Source of the DNA: Trichoplax sp. H2
Taxonomy: Eukaryota
Length of the DNA: 64,000 nucleotides
Direction: 5' to 3'
Assembly (NCBI GenBank): GCA_003344405.1
Contig: NOWV01000027.1
Coordinates: forward strand, 62,001-126,000
Made by a program: the position numbers and the translations under genes. Shown piece after piece: positions 56,282 through 64,000 of the stretch. The notes beneath the pieces were generated by a model that ran no database searches, was not told the DNA's origin, and saw nothing but the letters and a program-made list of their open reading frames with translations. Within the stretch, counting starts at the first letter, position 1. Each line of letters opens with the position of its first letter.

Positions 56282-59200
56282 ATGTCGCAATATTTGCATA
56301 TCCTGCTTATTTTATTACTATTATTCCACTGTCTTGATTCATACCGTAAAAGTGTTCAAGATGACATTAGGTTAGGATGAATTGTCCCCTTTTTATTAGC
56401 TGTAATAATCCAGATTAAATTAATATTAAACAGATTTATATAAAAGAATTGATTACAACCTTGCAACATACAGTAAAGCTGCAACTATTATGTAATTATT
56501 GCAGGTTTGCATCGTAGTGTTAAGTAGTTTTGCCGTACGATATATTGTTAGAGTACAGTACATGTAGCACATGTACCTTACTTCTACTTTTAGTATAAAT
56601 GCATCGATGAATAAGTAGTCTCACATAGTGAAAAGGAAATTATCAGTAGTAGTCTAGCTCAAAGATTAGTGCTAAGTAGAGCATATTACAATACTCAATT
56701 GCAGTTTGCAACGTACAACGAGAGTATCTGCAGTTACGTATCCATGCTACAGTAATTAGTTACACCGCCATATCGTAGCATTGCGTAGTATGGATATGTA
56801 TTAGAATAGATATATGGTAATTAGATCATGTTTAAATACTCAATTGTAATTTACAATGTGCAGCAAGAGCATCCGCATCCATGGTAGAGTAGTCGCACTT
56901 TTACGTCGTGAAATTACGATGTGTGCAGGATATGTCATTAGAATATGTGCGGTTAGTTCACTTTGAAACACTCAGATGTGATTTTACAATTTACAGCAAA
57001 AGCATCTGGATCTATGGTAAAATAATTGCGCTTCATACAATCATGTAGTACTGTGCTAGTATGGGATATGTAATTAAAGTATATGCAATGAACATACCCT
57101 GTTTTACGTTCCAGTATGAATAAGCTATCTCACTCAGTAACTAAGCGTGTACAATAACTGAACTGTAGTCAATGCATTTGTATGACGATATTATACCTGC
57201 AAGATTTTACACTACACATAACCTAGGTACTTTATTATCAAACATACGATATTAAAGGCAACAATTTGCTTCAACAATTACCTAACTCATATTAATATCT
57301 TGATACAGTTGCGTAGATACTAAATCAAATGTCAATAACCGAATCTCTAATTATAATATGCAGTAAACGCTTGTGTATCAATAATCATTAAATTCTGCCT
57401 TATTTTTACACATTTTTAATAGTATATTTTAACTAACGGTTTTATATCACAATTCATGACCTACATCTTATACGTATAACACTTAATAGGTGATAATTAT
57501 AATTATAGTGCAGTAACACTTTATACCTACGAGTATCTAAATTTACATGTACATCTATTTCTCTTGCCGTTATTACCACATGAAATATACTGTAGAAATA
57601 TATCAAGTTATTTTAGCAGGATTCCATCCAGGCTAATATGGTTGTTTACTTCCGAATTCCATTTTTCTTTAGGCATAGTTGTCACTATGATTTCAAAGTC
57701 TTATGGTCCTATCGACTTGGTCATTCGCCCGTGGTATCTCCACCAGTTATTTTTGACATTGATGCAAATGGTATAAAAGATGTCATTGCTACATCTTACG
57801 CAGATCAGTTTACAATTCTACAAGGCAATAGTGGTAAGCATCTAGAAGGCGTCTGGCCACTACACATGAAAGAGGTCACGATGTATTCCAGTCCGTTATT
57901 GGTAAGTATTTAAGAAGAAGTATTATTGTGATTTATCACCATCCAGGTTAAAGATACTTGATTATAATTATTTGATACATATTTTACGATAATCCTTTGT
58001 ACTTCAAATAATATCGTTTTTGCTAGATAAAATTTTATAATTAACAAGAAAGGGAATTTTCTGTATTGTCAATGACTCTAAAAAGAAACTTTGTTACACT
58101 TTAGTATGACATTGACCATGATTTAGAGATGGATTCTTTATTGTCCACCTATGATGGAGAGATTATTTTCTTTCGAAATAACGGTACCAAATTAAAGAAT
58201 AAGAAAATTAAGGTTAGAAAATAATAGTATTCGGAAATAGCAAACCATTTTTATCCTTAAATTAATCGCATAGGTTGACGTAAGCAATACATAATTATCA
58301 TATTTCACCGAAATATTATTTTAATTAGATTCCAAAGCATAAAATCAGCTATCGTAAACAACAATCAAATACCGAAGATAACATTACAATAAACACAAAT
58401 CAAGAGAAGTTTCTCAAGGTTGATCCTCATATTTTAGCGACACCAGCGATTGCCGATATTAATGGAGATGGCGTAGAAGAGGAAATAGTTATTATAGTAA
58501 ATTGGTATTTCGATAATGGGAATGTTAAGTAAGCATACTGTACTGAACTACGTTAAAATGTTGATACAATATTCTAAAGAATGTATAGGTTCTTAACATA
58601 CATTATGCCTTTCTCGTTAAATTTCATTAGATGAATTCTTCATGAAGTAGATATTAAGATTTTGTATCATCAAAAATCGAATACGCAGTATAAACGATAT
58701 TGTGCAATTTTAAACTATTTCAGTAATTACTTGTACTGTCTATCGATTAGGCATCATTTGAATTCTCGCTCAAATATTACTAGCGGAGATGTCAGAGATG
58801 GCATACATTGTGGTGCTGTTGTCTTTAATCTTACCAACGGTAAACTAATTAAGAAAATCGTACTAGAATCGTCAAAGGTAAATTTTCTGCTGTAACACTA
58901 AATTGTTATTAGTTCATATACGTATTATCATTAAATACCATCAACGTTGCGCTCTATTTATTTCTAGATGACATCGTTATATAAGCCTTATGCTGTAGCT
59001 ACACCCACACTCTTAAATTTGCAACCGCAGACTAAATCAGATTTGGATATCTTAGTTGGTACACTTTCTGGAAACCTTTATATTGTTAACCTGCACTCTA
59101 AAGATTATCCAGAACCAGTGACAATTGTTGATAATATCCAAGGACAAGTAATATATTATTGTTTCGTCACGTAGATATTCAATTTATCAATTGAAATCGC

Positions 59201-61017
59201 TCTATTTCACAGATAACTGTTGCAGATCTAACTGACAATGAAGGACTGGAGATCATAGTAACTGATTCTAGCGCTAACGTAAATTGTTTATCATCTAAAG
59301 GCGAAGTGGTAATTTTGCAATGTTACTTAAATTCATTAGAACCTCCGATGTATTAAACGACGTTGCTTATCCTTAATGATAAAATTATAATATGCATACT
59401 TTATGACGTATAAATAGATATGGGATTCAATGATATCTGGCACTTTCATTGCCGGAAGTCGAACAGCCGATGTCAACAATGATGCAAACCTAGATGTGAT
59501 TATTGCCAGTAACGATGGGTAAGCAATAGTCGTAATTGACCAAAAGTTTATTAAATATTTTAGTCTCGCTGAAATTTGGTTTATATTAATTAGGTACGTA
59601 TGGGCCTTAGATGGTAAATCAGGCAAAACACTTAAACATTGGCCAATCAATCTTCACCATCGATTACACTCTGTAGTCTTAATGACATATTTTCGAAATA
59701 ATTCATTACATTTGGTACATTTTCTTTATACTACAAAAATTGCAATAGTGTTTATATACAGTTATAAATCTTATTTATCCATCTACAGTATTATTATGCT
59801 ACTAGATATGATAAACTTATCTCATCTAATATGTAATTCTCGACGCAGGTAATATCGTCTATCGATGGCTACTTATTTATTATTGACTTAAAATCCCGTT
59901 GCCTAGAAGTATTACGTTTTGGCACTCATGCCGTTGGAGCAACTGTACAAATTTTAGCAGATGATATAGTTCCTGAAGTGCCTGGGCTAGAACTTATTCT
60001 AGCAACTCTAGATGGTAATATTATATGTTTAGGAGAAAAAGAAAATGGTCATAAACTTCAAACGTACGTTGAAATTTTAAAAGTGGTTGTGAATATCGAT
60101 GTACATGTATTCCATCATTAAGTACTTTTCGTATCTTTAGCAACAAGTATCAATATTATAGGAATTAGGCTGTTCAAAATATCGATTTTTATTTATTTGA
60201 TTTCAGACCTTCAAATGATCTAAATTCTTGGCCATCTGAAACCCTGTCGTATAATGGTTTTACCCCAAGGATGCAGAATGTACATATCATACCGTAGCTT
60301 CTGCCATAGTTGATATTATCATATGCTAATCATCAAATCTTAGTCATCCGCTGACAATTTTTTTGAAATTTATTGCTATACTTATTATATAGATCGGCGT
60401 AATTATTAAAGAATGTCCTCATGAAGTGAACCAAATGCAATTTGCTGTAAAATTTGAAATTTACGATAATTCCATGTCAAGACGTATGTCAAATAATAAT
60501 CCTCCGTATCATGTGAAGGTAAGTTTCGCTGTTGTACCGTTCAATGTAATCATAATCATTTTAGGATTTAGCAACACTGGTCTGCAATTATTAAGCACTT
60601 TTAATATTGAATATAGATTTACATTGGTAGCAACCATGTCCTTCTTAACACAAGCTATCAGAATGCTGGACTTTTTGAAGAAAATTTAAACAGCTTAACT
60701 TATCCCAAGAGAACGCTTCTGACTATCCGATTGACCAATTACCATTCCGAAACCATAACAGACTCTATTGCAATCAGGTTAAAACCTTAATTATAACTAC
60801 TATATAAGCTCTTAATAGACAAACATTAACTAATATAAATTAAAAATTATTTTAAAAATATTTTAACAACACACACTCATGCACGTACAGTTTTCACACA
60901 ACTCTGGCACTCGAACTGCAAATCTGGCTTTTTGGGACATTTACAAGTTTAATGCTAATTCTATTAGCAACACGAGGATTTTCTGATCGGCTAATATTAC
61001 CGACTTCAAGAGAATAA
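56282..61017 (+). CDS. DEX1-like (DEFECTIVE IN EXINE FORMATION 1) FG-GAP repeat type I membrane protein
   Basis: Signal peptide MSQYLHILLILLLLF. Repeated Ca-binding loops DIDANGIKD, DIDHDLEMD, VDPHILATPAIADINGDG, ADLTDNEGLE and ADVNNDANLD, plus DGKSGKTLKHWP. C-terminal TM IWLFGTFTSLMLILLA and a short tail. Architecture and motifs follow plant DEX1 as I recall it. Confidence 0.8.
56445..57095. repeat. Diverged tandem array of about 120-145 bp units (3 clear copies, up to 5) in intron 1 of the DEX1-like gene
   Basis: Clear units start at 56691, 56836 and 56968 (a[t/c]actca...tt[g/a]caa...gcat/gtatc..atg...gatatgt..tta[g/a]a.ta). Weaker matches lie upstream. Confidence 0.75.
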
Positions 61018-61605
61018 CAGCACAATTATCATCATATCATGATCAGGAGAATCGTATGGATTACTGTTGAATAAGCAATGTGTATCACATTCTATTCAAG
61101 AGTTGAAGTTATTATCATTGAAGCTCATGACGTCTTAATATATGAAATTATATATATATATACAATGATATGTTCTTATTTATAAATGCGTATTACCGAT
61201 ATATCTGTATTCTAGTTACGTTTTGTAATGCTCTGTCTTATCTCGGCAGATAAGTAAACATACTGTACATATATGATTATAATCTACCTCCTGGTACACT
61301 GTGTGTAAATATATAAATTTACAATATCTAAGCGAGGGCATATGATTTCTAGTATATTCAAATACTTTTTGCACTTAATTTACATCTTTACTGGATCTGT
61401 ATAGATCGTATCACATTTTTTATCTCAATGAAATTATGATACAATAGCGTTTGGCCGTAGAATGAATGAATGAATTAATTCCTTACGTGACCTGTACAAC
61501 AAGGTAAAAACTAATGGTATATCACTAATTATTAAAAATAAAATATCAAAACATCTAGATCTGAGGCAATTCAACGCTGATACAACTTAAATAATCATGG
61601 CAAAT

Positions 61606-63929
61606 TTAATTCGATTTCTTATAAATATAAGATTGCAAATTTAGCTTCGTTTGAACAACTTTTTTCCCCGAAGCTTTATCAACATGATCCGGCCTTTTCA
61701 ATCTCAAATTCATCCGTTTTTTCGAGGACACTCTTCGAAGTCCAGATACTCGACATTTGTTATTTGCATATGTTGCGAGAGTAGATAAGGCAGAAGCATT
61801 TTCTGTAGTCTTAACCTAAATTGATTTATGATTAATCTCCATCAGAAAAGAACTTGCATACCCAAAGGAATACTGTACGATATCATGATATCAAGCTGAT
61901 AACAAACTCAATAAATTTCGTCCATACCTGACGAACAGTAAAATCGGTGATTAAACGTTCAGTTGAAAATTTACCGTTGTCTTTATTTAAACTGCTATCT
62001 TTATTCCAGTGGAATGCTTTCAGAGAATCGGCAAAAGTATCCAACTTTTCCGGTGAACTATTAATATCTACGACTTTAATAGTTGTTATTTCAGTCATGG
62101 CTGTGTTAGATAGAGTCTCATAGGTCTCTTTGTCATCTAGTGATTTATCACACTTTAAAGTTTCAAGCTTATCGCACACCATTACAGGTGTCTCGTCAAG
62201 GTTACTTTTCTGCTGTTCTTTATCTTCATCACTTAAATCGGAGCCATCAATATCTGCAATACCGCTATCAACTGAGCCATTAACTTCATCTGATTTTTTA
62301 AAACTTTCCTCTACAATTGTTGTTTCAGCTACATTAACATTTGACGATGTAGACGTTTTGCTGTTGTCTAAAGCAATTTGTCGCTTCTGGCGAAATGTAT
62401 ACAGAATGTGAGTCTGTTCCTTGTGCCCTTTAGTTACATCATCTGAACTTGAATTTCTTTTAAAATACCTGATAATTTTTTAAACACACTATCAGAGTAA
62501 TGAACAACAGATCATGTACAAGCTTTATAATCTTACTTGCTCCCGTGCCAGCTGGATGGTTCACTATGTATCGGTTGTAGAACCTTCTCCTTCGAAATAT
62601 TTTCATTGGCAAAGCTATCTGTTAGTGCTCTTCGAACTTTAGGAGGGCTAGCATCTTCCATAGTTTCATCATCAGTTTCAGGGATATTCTCTTTATTTTC
62701 AACTGCAATAAGGGAGATTATGTGAGGAGTTATAATATATCCTAACGCAAAGAATAAGCTAACATAATTGAAAGATTTATTTTGTAATTAGATCAATCAT
62801 GATACCTATGGGCAAACTTTTAGTTCTTGGTAACTGAAATTGACTCTTCAATTTTGCTGGTGGACTCTGTAATTTCATATACTTACTTAAAACAGATTGA
62901 ATAGGATAACTATGCCTTTTTTTCCGTTTAAAGTTGGTATTGTTCTCATTAGCTTTAAAAATCTTTGGATCTATTGAAGCGTTACTTTCCTGCTGTATTT
63001 TTAAAATGTTAATATTTATGATTATTTAGTATCACTTATCCGATAGAACTTTAGATATCAAGGATTAAATAAAATTATCTACAGTATTTACATTATCATA
63101 TTGGTATTCATATTCATTGAAAGTACATCTGCATATTACTGTTACCTTAAGCGGATCATAATCATTTAAGATCTCTCCAGTAATAGGATCTATATTCCCG
63201 TAAGCTATTGAAATAGCCTTTTCTTTCGTTAATAATCTTTAAATGAGTTAAGAAGAATGCATGTCGAGACGATTACCATTCATGTCATATATTAGATAAC
63301 AGTATTTTTAATTTGAAGAGTGATTTGGTTAGTCAGTCCCAAGCTTAGGGATTCTTCCTTAATGAAGGATACTGTCCAGCATGTTCAAGAGTAGATGGTT
63401 CAATATCTTTCGGATAAGGTGTTAAAGGTATAGTCGTTTTCGTTACAGGATCAAAAACTACTTGATATAAAAACGTTTCATCCGCCATTTTGAACTGTGT
63501 TTCGTAATTCTTTGGGACTTTCATGGTATTTTGTCGTCTTATATATTTAATAGCCTACGACAGTAAAACAATCGAGCCAACTTACATTAGTATGCATGTA
63601 CTTAGTACATTGTACTATGGTTACGTAGCGCCTGGCAGAGGTGTATAGAAGGAAACACTCTACTTTACCAAAAAATATATTTATATAAAAATCGGATAAT
63701 AGCGATACCAACTTACACTGTAAACCTTCATGCGATTTCTTTTCATGATCTTATAAGCCGTTTTTAATCCCATTCCAGGAATAGATGGGAGATAATCACA
63801 CCCTGACAAAATGCATATGTGACGAAAAGCCTCATGGTCGACTCCATTTAGATCGATGTCTTTCACTTCGCGTAAACGATCAAGCCTAATTTCAATACCT
63901 CTTCCATTTGGATCCAATTTAAATAATAC
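61606..63929 (-). CDS. EXO1: Exonuclease 1 (XPG/Rad2 family), 3' portion; 5' exons lie beyond the window end
   Basis: FRHICILSGCDYLPSIPGMGLKTAYK (H3TH), ADETFLYQVVFDP, EHAGQLL...IAYGNIDP, and a C-terminal RVSGL...QTKLN segment. Stop at 61606-61608. Confidence 0.95.
63237..63372 (-). other. U12-type GT-AG intron in EXO1 (136 nt)
   Basis: Donor GTATCCTT (perfect U12 consensus) and branch TTCTTAAC (63254-63247) 10 nt from the 3' end, with no long pyrimidine tract. Splicing restores AGQLLT. Confidence 0.92.
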
Positions 63930-64000
63930 CTATAATTTTTGGTAGCCAGAATCAGTTATAGTTAGACAAAGGCCTAGTCAAGCGGATAGTTATTTACTTT

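Overview
AT-rich, compact eukaryotic (early-branching animal) genomic DNA with many short spliceosomal introns. The style resembles placozoan (Trichoplax-like) scaffolds, but this is inference only. I reconstructed ten protein-coding genes by hand: WDR81 (-, 3' part runs off the window start), SSSCA1/ZNRD2 (-), COG2 (+), SAYSD1 (-), pecanex (+), MRM1 (+), TFB2M (-, essentially absent from the ORF track), a mixed-lineage kinase MAP3K9/10/11/21 (+), a DEX1-like FG-GAP membrane protein (+) and EXO1 (-, 5' part runs off the window end). Notable non-routine signals: (1) two minor-spliceosome (U12-type) introns, one with a deviant donor; (2) a SSSCA1-COG2-pecanex-TFB2M-MLK-EXO1 neighbourhood that mirrors human 1q42-44, 11q13 and 14q24 linkages; (3) palindromic (TACTG)n/(CAGTA)n clusters just upstream of most genes; (4) a diverged ~130-bp tandem array in the first intron of the DEX1-like gene; (5) a duplicated TFB2M exon 1 across an N-gap, probably two haplotypes; (6) two tandem duplications between TFB2M and MLK. 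I found no prokaryote-type system, CRISPR array, tRNA or rRNA, and no clearly novel multi-gene system. Gene names come from remembered family motifs, not from database searches.
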